Notes under the pieces: model-generated | Database searches by the model: none | Seen by the model: the letters and a program-made list of their open reading frames with translations, nothing else | What the model was told of the DNA's origin: nothing | Shown here: piece by piece, positions 18,518-27,580 of the stretch | Position numbering within the stretch: position 1 is the stretch's first letter | How the letters are laid out: the number at the start of each line of letters is the position of its first letter | Origin: Bremerella sp. P1 | GTDB lineage: Bacteria > Planctomycetota > Planctomycetia > Pirellulales > Pirellulaceae | Direction: 5' to 3' | Assembly: GCF_028748185.1 (NCBI RefSeq) | Contig: NZ_CP118164.1 | Location: forward strand, 3,403,814 to 3,435,813 | Length of the DNA stretch: 32,000 nt | Position numbers and translations under genes: made by a program

Positions 18518-19294
18518 CTACTTCAGCAGCTGCTTTTTGAGATAGTCGACCAGGTCGAGCTTGACCGTGCCGTTTTCCAGCTCTTTGGCGATTGCCTTGT
18601 TCGCTTCACGAACGAGCTTTTCCTCTTTGCTTGAGAGTTTCTTGGCGAGCGTGCCTTCGAGCTGTTCGCCGATTTGCTCGGCTACTTCGCCATGGGCCTT
18701 GCCGATACGATGAACATAGAATCGCTCGAGTTCGATCTGGCCGCCGGTCACTTTGGGCGTCAGTTCGGCCGTGGAAACCAACGTGGACATGTCCCATTTA
18801 CTTTCAAGCTGGACATCCAGACGAATCTTGACCGTCGCCTCGGCGACTACGCTCACACCGAGCAGGCGCACTCCGCGGACCCATTGTTGGAATTCGGCCT
18901 CGCCTTGGAACTCGACCCGGGCATGGATCTGGCACGTCGAACGCATGGGGCCGACGTTGAGATCCTCGATCCAAATCCGGACATGCTGATTCGGGTCTTC
19001 GATGTGCCCCAGGTAACGAACCCAGTCTCCGTGGTTCTTGGCTTCCTTCACGCGTTCCAGCTTCAAGCTATTCCACTTGCCGCGGACTTTCAGCCGCTTG
19101 GTGAAGTCGTGTGTGCGTCCCCAGTCCGATTCGTCTTTGAACGAGGACGGAAGCGACCGCCGGACGGCGTCTTCCAAAATGGGGGAGAGAATCTTCTCGA
19201 AGTCGGCCTTGGGGGCTGCTGCTAGCATCGACGGAACGAGCAAGCAGATGCCCATAACGAGCAGCGGCAACGTTCTCCAGATTCGCAGCGGCAT
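18518..19294 (-). CDS. Secreted hypothetical protein
   Basis: Intact 258-aa ORF with signal peptide MPLRIWRTLPLLVMGICLLVPSMLAAAPKA; no family recognised. Confidence 0.75.
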   Translation of the reverse strand: MPLRIWRTLPLLVMGICLLVPSMLAAAPKADFEKILSPILEDAVRRSLPSSFKDESDWGRTHDFTKRLKVRGKWNSLKLERVKEAKNHGDWVRYLGHIEDPNQHVRIWIEDLNVGPMRSTCQIHARVEFQGEAEFQQWVRGVRLLGVSVVAEATVKIRLDVQLESKWDMSTLVSTAELTPKVTGGQIELERFYVHRIGKAHGEVAEQIGEQLEGTLAKKLSSKEEKLVREANKAIAKELENGTVKLDLVDYLKKQLLK

Positions 19295-19471
19295 GAGCTT
19301 CTCCCCAAGAAGGTGTGGACACTAAGAGTGTTTATCGCAATTTTCTCGATTTGGTTCGCACGATTTCTCTAAAGTCGGACGAACCGGATTGGCACGGTTG
19401 TGCGAATTCTTCTAAGATTCCGTCCCGATTCTCGTACGATTCCCCCTCTCTCACCCATCGTGGTTTCACGA

Positions 19472-22400
19472 ATGAACGGACTCATTCCAAACGCCGGTCG
19501 ATTTCTCACGTGCGCGCTGCTGTGGACCTCTCTGACGATGCTAGCGTCGTCGGTCCAGGCCGAGGTGCCAGGCACCTGGTATTTGGATGCGCAGCTGAAC
19601 GACGTGACCTTCGTGGATGACCGGCATGGCATCGCGGTGGGCGATCATGGTGCCATCTGGCAAACCGATGACGGCGGACGCGAGTGGCGACAGATTCCCT
19701 CGGGCACCGATGCGCATCTCGCGAGCGTCTATTTCACCGACGCTCAGCACGGCTGGGCGGTTGGTGGTCATCAGCAACCCTACAGCACTCAAACGCGTGG
19801 TGTTGTTCTGGCGACCAGCGATGGCGGGATGACCTGGAAGACGATGCCGGAGCAGTCGCTGCCGAAACTGACCGGTGTACGCTTTGAAGATACCCGGCAC
19901 GGCTGGGCCGTGGGGCATGGTTCGCACATGTTTCCAACCGGACTGTTTGAAACGACCGATGGCGGTCGCAGTTGGCGAAGCTTGCCAGGCACCCAGAACA
20001 CACGCTTTCAAAAGTTTGCAGTACTAACCGGTGGCGAACTGTTATTGGCCGGTGTGAAGGGTAATCTTTCACTGGCCGATCGCGGCGGAATTCGCAAGCC
20101 GACGATTCTCGTCGACCCACTCAGGGACATGCAGGATATCGTCGTGGCCGGTGCCAAGGACGCGACGGCTGTCGGTGAAGGTGGCCTCATCCTCAATTCG
20201 ACCAACGCCGGGACTTCCTGGGAAGTCATCGCGCCGGGACAACTCCAGCAAACCGATCGACAGGTCGACTTCTACGCGGTCGAACGTCTGGGCAAGCACG
20301 TCTGGATTGCCGGCGACCCTGGTAGTTTCGTGCTGCACTCGGCCGACGGCGGGCAATCATTCCAAACACAAAAGTTACCCACCACAGCGACTATTCGAGC
20401 CATCTTCTTTCGCAGTGAAACGACTGGCTGGGCTGTTGGCTCGCTGGGAACGATTTTGCATACGCAAGATAGTGGGCAGACGTGGAAGGTACAGCGACAA
20501 GGTGGCCAACGCCTGGCACTGCTGGGAATCTTTCATGATGCCTCGATCATTCCATACGAACTGGTGAGTTACCACGCTGGTTCCCAGGGATATCTCACCG
20601 GCATGGAAGTGATCAACCGACCGATGCCGCAAACCGGTAAGCCTCGGCTACCACTGGACGATGCCCTGCTGCATAGCGGAGCAAATGTCGGGCACACGGC
20701 CTGGCAGTTCCCAGCCTACGACGCCAAGCTCAAGCTGACCGGTGATCAAATGGCCAAGACCTGGGACGCCGCCAACGACGGTCAGGGTCTTGCTGCTGCC
20801 GAAAGCTACCTGGTCCAACGCATTCGACAATGGAAGCCCACCGTCGTTTTGACCGACTACGCCGATCCAACCGGCAAAGATCCGCTGGCCTACATGGTGA
20901 ACCAGTTGGTGCTTCGCGCCGTCGAGAAAGCGGGCGATGCCGATAGTTTCCCGCAGCACCAGTCCGAACTGGGACTCGCTCCGTGGACAGTTGCCAGGGT
21001 GTGTAGCGTCGTACCGGAAGGCCAGAACGGCTCGATCACGTTGAACGCGACGCAGATCTCTCCGCAGCTGGCGATGTCTCTGTCCGAGCACGCTGGCGTC
21101 TCGCGGGGGATCGCTACAGGCCAATTGATCGAAACGCCTTCGACATTAGAAATGAAAGTCTTGCGTTCGTCGGGGCTGATCGAAGGTCGCTTGAGCGATA
21201 TCTTCACCGGCCTTTCCGTGCCAGCTGGCAAAGGAGCACGGCGACCACCGCAGCAAATGTCGCTGGTCGATCTGGCTCAGCTACAGCGAGCAGCACAGAA
21301 ACGCCGCAACATGTTCGAGATGATCAATCACGCCGTCCAAGATGAGCAGCGCGGCGCGTTGCTCTTGGGGCAGATGCTCAAGCTATCGGAAGACTTGCCG
21401 CCGGCACGTAGCGTCGAAGTCCTTTCGCACCTGGCCGAGAAGGCCAATGAAAGCGGTAACCTGTCTCTAGCGGCTGACATGCATCACCAGATTGTCAGCA
21501 CCTATCCATCGCACGTCCTGGCCGAGCGTTCCGCCGCTTGGCTATTGGCGTACTACGCAAGTAGCGAGATGCAGTTTCTGAATCGCAGCTCGGTGGAATT
21601 CGCCACTCCCACCGCACCCACGGAAACGCCAGAAGAAGAGACGGACGAGCAGAGTGGGGTCGCAACGGTATCGTTCGATGATCCCAACAACTACCGGCGT
21701 CCAACCAAGTCGCCTGAGCGTGCTGCCAAGTTGATTGCCCAGTTGAACCAGACGATGCCTCAAGTATTGGCTGACCCATCCTTAGCGTTCCTGTTGGAGC
21801 GTTTGCATTCCGAGCAAGGACACTCGCGTCAAGGCGAATCGTACATCCGACGTTTATTGAACTTGGGACAGGAAAACCCCTGGTGCCGTCGCGCCCAATG
21901 GGAACTTGTCCTCGGGCGAGGCAACAGCCGCGTCGATGCCCCGGTCGTGGCGGCCAACTATGAAGAGTCGAAGCCAGTACTCGATGGCCGATTGAATGAC
22001 CGGATCTGGCAAACGGGCAAGCCGGTCGACTTCCAGGCAGGTACCTTGTCACCGGAATCGGGCGCGCCCCCAGCCGCAATGATCGTGGGCTTTGACGAGG
22101 ACTATCTCTACCTGGCAATTCGGTGCATGAAGTCGAAGAACTTCCGCTACGAAGCCCCAGGGCAACGCGCACGCGAACGCGATGCCGATCTTCAGACAAG
22201 TGATCGCGTTCATATCTATCTCGATCTCGATCGCGACTACGCGACCTCGTATTGCTTGTCGGTCGACTATCGCGGTAGGACCGCCGATTCGCTGGTGGGC
22301 AACCTGGCATGGAACCCCAACTGGTATGTCGCCGCGGATCAGGATGCAACGACTTGGACCATCGAAGCGGCCATTCCTTTCAAGGAACTGTCAGGCCAGA

Positions 22401-22531
22401 TGCTTCAGCCGGGCGATACCTGGGGAATGGCCGTCCAACGCGTGATGGTCAGCGAAGGAACCGAGGCGTGGCCTTCCAGTGCCCTCTATGAAATGGGACC
22501 GAGTGAGTTCGGTCTCTTGCAATTTCAATAA
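19472..22531 (+). CDS. Secreted Ycf48/BNR-type beta-propeller protein with C-terminal CBM9-like domain
   Basis: Repeated HGWAVG(G/H)..T(D/T)DGG..W units (e.g. FTDAQHGWAVGGHQ, TTGWAVGSLGTILHTQDSGQTWK). C-terminal KPVLDGRLNDRIWQ...TSDRVHIYLDLDRDYATSY...WTIEAAIPFKEL resembles CBM9. The ORF could start at GTG 19400; ATG 19472 is nearer the signal peptide. Confidence 0.85.
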   Translation: MNGLIPNAGRFLTCALLWTSLTMLASSVQAEVPGTWYLDAQLNDVTFVDDRHGIAVGDHGAIWQTDDGGREWRQIPSGTDAHLASVYFTDAQHGWAVGGHQQPYSTQTRGVVLATSDGGMTWKTMPEQSLPKLTGVRFEDTRHGWAVGHGSHMFPTGLFETTDGGRSWRSLPGTQNTRFQKFAVLTGGELLLAGVKGNLSLADRGGIRKPTILVDPLRDMQDIVVAGAKDATAVGEGGLILNSTNAGTSWEVIAPGQLQQTDRQVDFYAVERLGKHVWIAGDPGSFVLHSADGGQSFQTQKLPTTATIRAIFFRSETTGWAVGSLGTILHTQDSGQTWKVQRQGGQRLALLGIFHDASIIPYELVSYHAGSQGYLTGMEVINRPMPQTGKPRLPLDDALLHSGANVGHTAWQFPAYDAKLKLTGDQMAKTWDAANDGQGLAAAESYLVQRIRQWKPTVVLTDYADPTGKDPLAYMVNQLVLRAVEKAGDADSFPQHQSELGLAPWTVARVCSVVPEGQNGSITLNATQISPQLAMSLSEHAGVSRGIATGQLIETPSTLEMKVLRSSGLIEGRLSDIFTGLSVPAGKGARRPPQQMSLVDLAQLQRAAQKRRNMFEMINHAVQDEQRGALLLGQMLKLSEDLPPARSVEVLSHLAEKANESGNLSLAADMHHQIVSTYPSHVLAERSAAWLLAYYASSEMQFLNRSSVEFATPTAPTETPEEETDEQSGVATVSFDDPNNYRRPTKSPERAAKLIAQLNQTMPQVLADPSLAFLLERLHSEQGHSRQGESYIRRLLNLGQENPWCRRAQWELVLGRGNSRVDAPVVAANYEESKPVLDGRLNDRIWQTGKPVDFQAGTLSPESGAPPAAMIVGFDEDYLYLAIRCMKSKNFRYEAPGQRARERDADLQTSDRVHIYLDLDRDYATSYCLSVDYRGRTADSLVGNLAWNPNWYVAADQDATTWTIEAAIPFKELSGQMLQPGDTWGMAVQRVMVSEGTEAWPSSALYEMGPSEFGLLQFQ

Positions 22532-22590
22532 ATCTGCTTAGAACGGTGCGAGATGAAACCAGTAGAGTTCTCTCGCAAACGGCATTAAGC

Positions 22591-23559
22591 GTGGCATATC
22601 TGATCGGAATCGATGAAGCTGGATACGGCCCCAACCTGGGACCGTTGGTCATCGGTGGAACCGTATGGCACCTCGACGACCGCCACGACGATCTCGACGG
22701 TATCGAACTGTACGACCTGTTGAAAGAAGCCATCGCGCGTAAGCCAAGTCGTAAGCATTTGGCGATTGCGGATTCAAAGGTCGTGTACGGTAAGCGAGAC
22801 GATCTCTCGCTGCTGGAAGAAGCCGTGCTCGCAACCGGCGATCATCTGGCCCATGTCCATCCGATCTGGGATGGATGCTGTGAGCCCGACCTGGGGGACG
22901 CCGCACCACAGGACCTGGCCCCATGGTATTTGGGGTGGCAGCATGTGTGCCCGCTGCACGCCGCGAGCGACACGGTCGCCGAGCGAACGACGCAGTTCGC
23001 CAGTGCCTGTCAGGCATGTGGCGTGTCGCTGAGCCAGGTGCGAAGCGTCTTTCTGACGGAGAAATCGTACAACGAGCGTCTCGCTAGAATCGGTAACAAG
23101 AGCACCGTGCTCTCGCACGCATCGCTCGGTTTGGTGCGGCGGCTGCTCGAAGAGATCGAGTCCCCGACTCCCCAGGCCGTACGCATCGTGTGTGACAAGC
23201 ATGGCGGGCGAGACTACTACGCCGGGCTCTTGCAGCACTTCTTCCCCGAAACGTGGTGGCAGATTCAAGAGGAGTCGCGCAGTGTCAGCCGTTATTTCGG
23301 CGAGTTCGGCCCGTTGGAAGTGTCGATCGAGTTTCGCTCGAAAGGGGAAGGCTTTCTCCCCACCGCGCTGGCGTCGATCTACGCCAAGTTCCACCGCGAG
23401 GTCGCGATGCGGGCCATCAATGCCTACTGGGCGAAACAGATTCCAGGAATCGCCGAGACCGCCGGGTATCCGGTCGACGCGGCTCGCTTTGCCGACGAGA
23501 CCGAAGCAAGCCGTAAGGAACTGAATATTCCGTGGGAAACATTCTGGCGACTCAAATAA
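22591..23559 (+). CDS. Divergent ribonuclease HII-like protein
   Basis: LIGIDEAGYGPNLGPLVIGG, LAIADSKVVY, RIVCDKHGGRDYY and ALASIYAKFHREVAMRAINAYW align by eye with RNase HII motifs. The ORF extends to GTG 22546. Confidence 0.75.
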   Translation: MAYLIGIDEAGYGPNLGPLVIGGTVWHLDDRHDDLDGIELYDLLKEAIARKPSRKHLAIADSKVVYGKRDDLSLLEEAVLATGDHLAHVHPIWDGCCEPDLGDAAPQDLAPWYLGWQHVCPLHAASDTVAERTTQFASACQACGVSLSQVRSVFLTEKSYNERLARIGNKSTVLSHASLGLVRRLLEEIESPTPQAVRIVCDKHGGRDYYAGLLQHFFPETWWQIQEESRSVSRYFGEFGPLEVSIEFRSKGEGFLPTALASIYAKFHREVAMRAINAYWAKQIPGIAETAGYPVDAARFADETEASRKELNIPWETFWRLK

Positions 23560-23673
23560 TGGTCGCGAACCGCTCGTTGTCGATCTGGGGCCAGGGGAAT
23601 AAAATAACCAAAGTATGTGAAAAATAGGCGGCGAGCGAATTCGTCGTTTTCCCCCCAACAGAATCACAAGTTT

Positions 23674-24921
23674 ATGGCTACTTTCGACGTGGAATCGCAA
23701 TTGGATGTCGAACGCATCCGGGCCGATTTCCCCATTCTCCACCAGGTTGACGAAGAACAGAATCCCCTTGTTTACCTCGACAATGGTGCGAGTAGCCAGC
23801 GCCCGAAGTCGGTGATCGATTGCCTAAGTAACGTCTACGAAAAGCATTACGCCAATGTGCATCGTGGTGCCCATCGACTTAGTGGCGAGTCGACCGATCT
23901 ATTTGAAGAGGCCCGGCGTGCCGTTCAGCGGTTCATCGGTGCGTCTTCCGAGAATGAGGTGATCTTCACCAGCGGAACCACCATGGGCATCAACCTGGTG
24001 GCGCGCAGCTGGGGGGACGCCAACGTCACCGCTGGCGACGAGATTCTGCTGACCGAGATGGAACATCACTCCAATCTCGTGCCGTGGCATCAACTTGCGG
24101 AGCGAACCGGGGCCACGATTCGTGCGATTCCGGTCACCGTGGATGGGCAGTTGGATCTCAATGCACTTCCCGCCCGTCTCTCTGAGCGAACCAAGATTGT
24201 CGCCTTTGCGGCCGTTTCCAATGTGCTGGGGACGATCAACCCGGTGCGCGAGATTACCGAGGCAGCCCATGCGGTGGGGGCCAAGGTATTGGTCGACGCG
24301 GCCCAGTCGGTGCCGCACGAAGCGATCGATGTCGTTGGCTGGGATGCCGATTTCGTGGCTTTCAGCGGTCACAAAATGTTAGGGCCATCTGGCGTGGGGG
24401 TACTTTACGGCAAACAGTCGCTATTGGAAGAGATGCCACCGTTTTTGGGTGGCGGCAGCATGATCGATGTGGTCGAGATTGATCGCTTCACGCCTGCGAT
24501 GTTGCCAGCCAAGTTTGAAGCCGGTACGCCCCCAATCGCCGATGCGATTGCCATGAAACCGGCGATCGAATACCTGGAACAAGTTTGTTTGGCTCGTATC
24601 CTGCAACACGAACAATCGCTGGCCGCATACGCTCACGAGCTATTGGCCGATGTGCCGGGCCTGAAGATCTTAGGCCCGGATGTCAGTAAGAAGGCCGGCA
24701 TTGTCAGCTTTGTCATCGATGGCCTGGCCGCGAGTGACATCGCGACGTTTCTGGATGGACGCGGGATTGCCGTTCGCGAGGGGCATCATTGCACCCTGCC
24801 GCTGCATAAGAAGCTGGGAATCAGCGCGAGCGTGCGAGCCAGTTTCTATCTGTACAACACGCGGGAAGAGGTCGAAAAGCTGGCGGATGCTGTACGGACG
24901 ACGGTCGAGTTTTTCGGTTAA
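23674..24921 (+). CDS. sufS: SufS-family cysteine desulfurase
   Basis: YLDNGASSQRPKSVID, GTTMGINLVA, EHHSNLVPW, FSGHKMLGPSGVGVLYG and REGHHCTLP active-site Cys motif. Confidence 0.9.
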   Translation: MATFDVESQLDVERIRADFPILHQVDEEQNPLVYLDNGASSQRPKSVIDCLSNVYEKHYANVHRGAHRLSGESTDLFEEARRAVQRFIGASSENEVIFTSGTTMGINLVARSWGDANVTAGDEILLTEMEHHSNLVPWHQLAERTGATIRAIPVTVDGQLDLNALPARLSERTKIVAFAAVSNVLGTINPVREITEAAHAVGAKVLVDAAQSVPHEAIDVVGWDADFVAFSGHKMLGPSGVGVLYGKQSLLEEMPPFLGGGSMIDVVEIDRFTPAMLPAKFEAGTPPIADAIAMKPAIEYLEQVCLARILQHEQSLAAYAHELLADVPGLKILGPDVSKKAGIVSFVIDGLAASDIATFLDGRGIAVREGHHCTLPLHKKLGISASVRASFYLYNTREEVEKLADAVRTTVEFFG

Positions 24922-25020
24922 ACCGGATCGAAGATTACCAGACGCGGCATCCTAAATTCGCTAGACTGGTCGTTAGGCACGTTCAACATCTCGCTTCTTT
25001 TCGGACAGGAATTCAGGCAA

Positions 25021-25473
25021 ATGTCTCAAAAAGATTACACCCGACGCGACTTTCACAAGCTTTCCGCTGCTGCCCTGAGTGGGATGATGGCGGCCGGCAC
25101 GATCGGTTGTGGTGCGAAGCCCGATGCTACCGGTAACGGCGATGCTTCGCCCGAAGGCGAAGGCACTTCCACCGTCGCCAAGCATGCTTGTCGCGGATTG
25201 AACGAATGCAAAGGCCAAGGCGCCAAGGGCACCAACGAATGTGCTGGTGCCGGAGCGTGTGCGACCGTCGAACATCACGTATGTGGTGGCCACAACGAGT
25301 GCAAAGGCCAAGGCGGCTGCGGTAAGACGCCGGGGGCCAATGATTGCAAAGGGCAAGGTGGCTGCCATGTCCCGATGAGCGGCGGCATGTGGACCAAGGC
25401 CCGCGAGCTGTTCGAAGAGCAGATGAAAGAAAAGGGCCTCGAACTGAAGCCTGCTCCGGAACCGGCTGCCTAA
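25021..25473 (+). CDS. Cys-rich bufferin-like RiPP precursor (bufA-like), predicted Tat-exported lipoprotein
   Basis: TRRDFHK Tat motif, lipobox-like TIGC, then nine further Cys in NxC-xGxG units (HACRGLNECKGQGAKGTNECAGAGACATVEHHVCGGHNECKGQGGCGKTPGANDCKGQGGC). Directly followed by DUF692 and DUF2063 genes. Confidence 0.82.
   Translation: MSQKDYTRRDFHKLSAAALSGMMAAGTIGCGAKPDATGNGDASPEGEGTSTVAKHACRGLNECKGQGAKGTNECAGAGACATVEHHVCGGHNECKGQGGCGKTPGANDCKGQGGCHVPMSGGMWTKARELFEEQMKEKGLELKPAPEPAA
25190..25368 (+). repeat. Cys-rich repeat region inside the precursor gene
   Basis: TGCAAAGGCCAAGGCG at 25207-25222 and 25300-25315; variant TGCAAAGGGCAAGGTGGCTGC at 25345-25365. Confidence 0.8.
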
Positions 25474-25506
25474 GACACCGCTCGCCCAAGACTCTGAGTA
25501 GCGATT

Positions 25507-26418
25507 ATGCCTCAGCCACGGCTTGGCCACGAAAACCTGGGACTGGGGGTCGGACTGCGCGCCCCTCATTTCTCTTACATACTTGAGCACTGGCCGAAGG
25601 TCGACTGGTTCGAGATCATCTCGGAGAATTACATCGACTCGCAGGGACGCCCTCGGTATGTCCTTGATCAAATCGCCGAACGTTATCCGGTGGTGATGCA
25701 CGGCGTATCGCTCTCGATCGGCAGCACCGATCCGCTCGACTTCGATTATCTTGCCAAACTGAAGTCGCTATCGCAGGCGATTGGTGCCCGATGGATCTCG
25801 GATCATGTCTGTTGGACCGGCGTGTCCGGGCAGAATACGCACGATCTGTTACCAATTCCGTACAACGAAGAGTCGCTCAAGCACGTTGCCCAGCGGGTAC
25901 GCCAGGTGCAAGAGTTCCTTGAGCGTCCGCTGATCCTGGAAGATCCCAGCAGCTATGTCACCTTCGCCGCGTCAACGATGAGCGAGTGGGAATTCTTAAC
26001 GGCTTTGACCGAAGAGACTGGCTGCGGGCTGCTGCTCGATGTGAATAACGTTTATGTTTCGGCCGTGAATCACGACTTTGATCCGGTCGAGTACATCGAG
26101 AATCTTCCGTCGGAGAGCATCGTTCAGTTTCACCTGGCGGGGCATACCAACATGGGTGACTACTGCATCGACACACACGACGGCCACGTGATCGATCCCG
26201 TGTGGAAGCTGTATCGCCTGACTCACGAGCGAACTGGAGGCGTATCGACGTTGTTGGAATGGGATGCCAACATTCCCGACTTTCCGACGCTGCATGCCGA
26301 GGTTCTCAAGGCGAAGCGGTTTATCCAAGGGGAAACGATTACCGTCGATGAACCTGTCGGCAACGGCCACACGGCTGTTCCGCACCCGGCGCATCGTATC
26401 GAGCACGAAGTGAGCTAG
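25507..26418 (+). CDS. DUF692 / MNIO family multinuclear non-heme iron enzyme (BufB-like)
   Basis: [84 protein letters not shown] and DTHD.. are the conserved DUF692 motifs with metal-ligand candidates. Confidence 0.95.
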   Translation: MPQPRLGHENLGLGVGLRAPHFSYILEHWPKVDWFEIISENYIDSQGRPRYVLDQIAERYPVVMHGVSLSIGSTDPLDFDYLAKLKSLSQAIGARWISDHVCWTGVSGQNTHDLLPIPYNEESLKHVAQRVRQVQEFLERPLILEDPSSYVTFAASTMSEWEFLTALTEETGCGLLLDVNNVYVSAVNHDFDPVEYIENLPSESIVQFHLAGHTNMGDYCIDTHDGHVIDPVWKLYRLTHERTGGVSTLLEWDANIPDFPTLHAEVLKAKRFIQGETITVDEPVGNGHTAVPHPAHRIEHEVS

Positions 26419-26422
26419 ATCG

Positions 26423-27325
26423 ATGACCGACAGTAAACAGAATTTGCACGACTTGCCGGTGCTTCAAAAGTGGATGCAGTCGGTGATCACTCATGTGGAC
26501 GGCGTGGTGGAAGGAATCCATTCGCCGGAGGCCCAGCAGCAGATCCCGGTAGACGCGTCCCAGATCGAGTCGGTCGTCACGCCCAGTCAGCGACGCACCA
26601 GCACCGAGCGACTGGAAGTGTACGCCCACGCTTACTATGCCAGGTTGGTCGAATGTTTGAAGTCGATCTATCCCCTGTTTGCCAAGACGGTTGGGGATGA
26701 ACTATTCGATCAGTTCGCGATTGCCTACTTGCAACAGCATCCGTCACGATCTTACACGCTGAATCGGCTGGGAGATCAGTTTCCCGATTTCCTGGAAGAG
26801 ACGAGCCCGACCCGCGGAACCGATCAGCTGGGATTCGAGGACTTCCTGGTCGAGTTGGCCGTTGCGGAACGCACCATTGATGCGATCTTCGACGGGCCTG
26901 GTGTCGAGCAGACGGACGTGCTCTCGCCGTCGGAGTTGGAAGGCATCTCGCCCGATCAGTTTGCCGAGGCTACGTTCCAGATGGTGCCCTGTCTGCGGCT
27001 GCACTCGTTTGCTTTCCCGGTGAGTGACTTCATCACCGCGATCAAGCAAGATCCCCAAGCTGATATGCCAGAAGCTTCACCCAGTTGGTTGGCTTTAACG
27101 CGGAGGGACTACGTCGTACGGAGGGTGCCACTTTCGCGCTGGCAGTATCATCTGCTGGTGCGGCTTGCCGAGGGGCAGAGTGTTTCCCAGGCGATCGCAG
27201 GAGCGGTCGTCGAAGTCGTTCCGTCAGAAGATATTACGGAATTGCTAGCGGCTGCTTTCCAGAAATTCACCAGCGAGCAGTTCTTTCTGGCAATTGAAGT
27301 CCCTTCGGAGCGAAGAGATGGATAG
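26423..27325 (+). CDS. DUF2063 N-terminal domain protein (BufC-like RiPP partner)
   Basis: ERLEVYAHAYYARLVECLKSIYPLFAKTVGDELFDQFAIAYLQQHPSRSYTLNRLGDQFPDFLEE is DUF2063-like; 4 bp downstream of the DUF692 gene. Confidence 0.9.
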   Translation: MTDSKQNLHDLPVLQKWMQSVITHVDGVVEGIHSPEAQQQIPVDASQIESVVTPSQRRTSTERLEVYAHAYYARLVECLKSIYPLFAKTVGDELFDQFAIAYLQQHPSRSYTLNRLGDQFPDFLEETSPTRGTDQLGFEDFLVELAVAERTIDAIFDGPGVEQTDVLSPSELEGISPDQFAEATFQMVPCLRLHSFAFPVSDFITAIKQDPQADMPEASPSWLALTRRDYVVRRVPLSRWQYHLLVRLAEGQSVSQAIAGAVVEVVPSEDITELLAAAFQKFTSEQFFLAIEVPSERRDG

Positions 27326-27580
27326 GCGATTCATTGCCCTTTGCCAGTGATCTTCACCAACGCATAAACGTTCCCCTCCCGGATCCCGAGAATGGGTAAA
27401 TCTTATGTAAGAAGCGAGGAAATGGAGGGGGAATGGGGTGCACTGTGGCTTGTGATCGGCCCAAGAGCCCCTACAATCAATGAGTTACTTTGGGGTTCTG
27501 ATTCTAGAGCTCCGTGAATTGGCAGGGTTACCCATCCGGTTTCCCCCATCCTTGCCTGATCTAGTTCTTTGAGGGCCGCA

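Noticed and set aside
21495-22349. 284-aa Arg/Ser-rich minus ORF.
   Set aside because: Composition typical of a shadow frame opposite the CBM9-like end of the 1043-aa protein.
25190-25368. Possible CRISPR-like or tandem DNA repeat array.
   Set aside because: The repeats are in frame inside an ORF, short, irregularly spaced and explained by the NxCKGQG protein repeat.
24973-25701. 242-aa minus-strand ORF over the Cys-rich gene.
   Set aside because: Antisense to the bufferin-like cassette, with no recognisable motif; the plus-strand reading has a Tat signal, lipobox and repeats.
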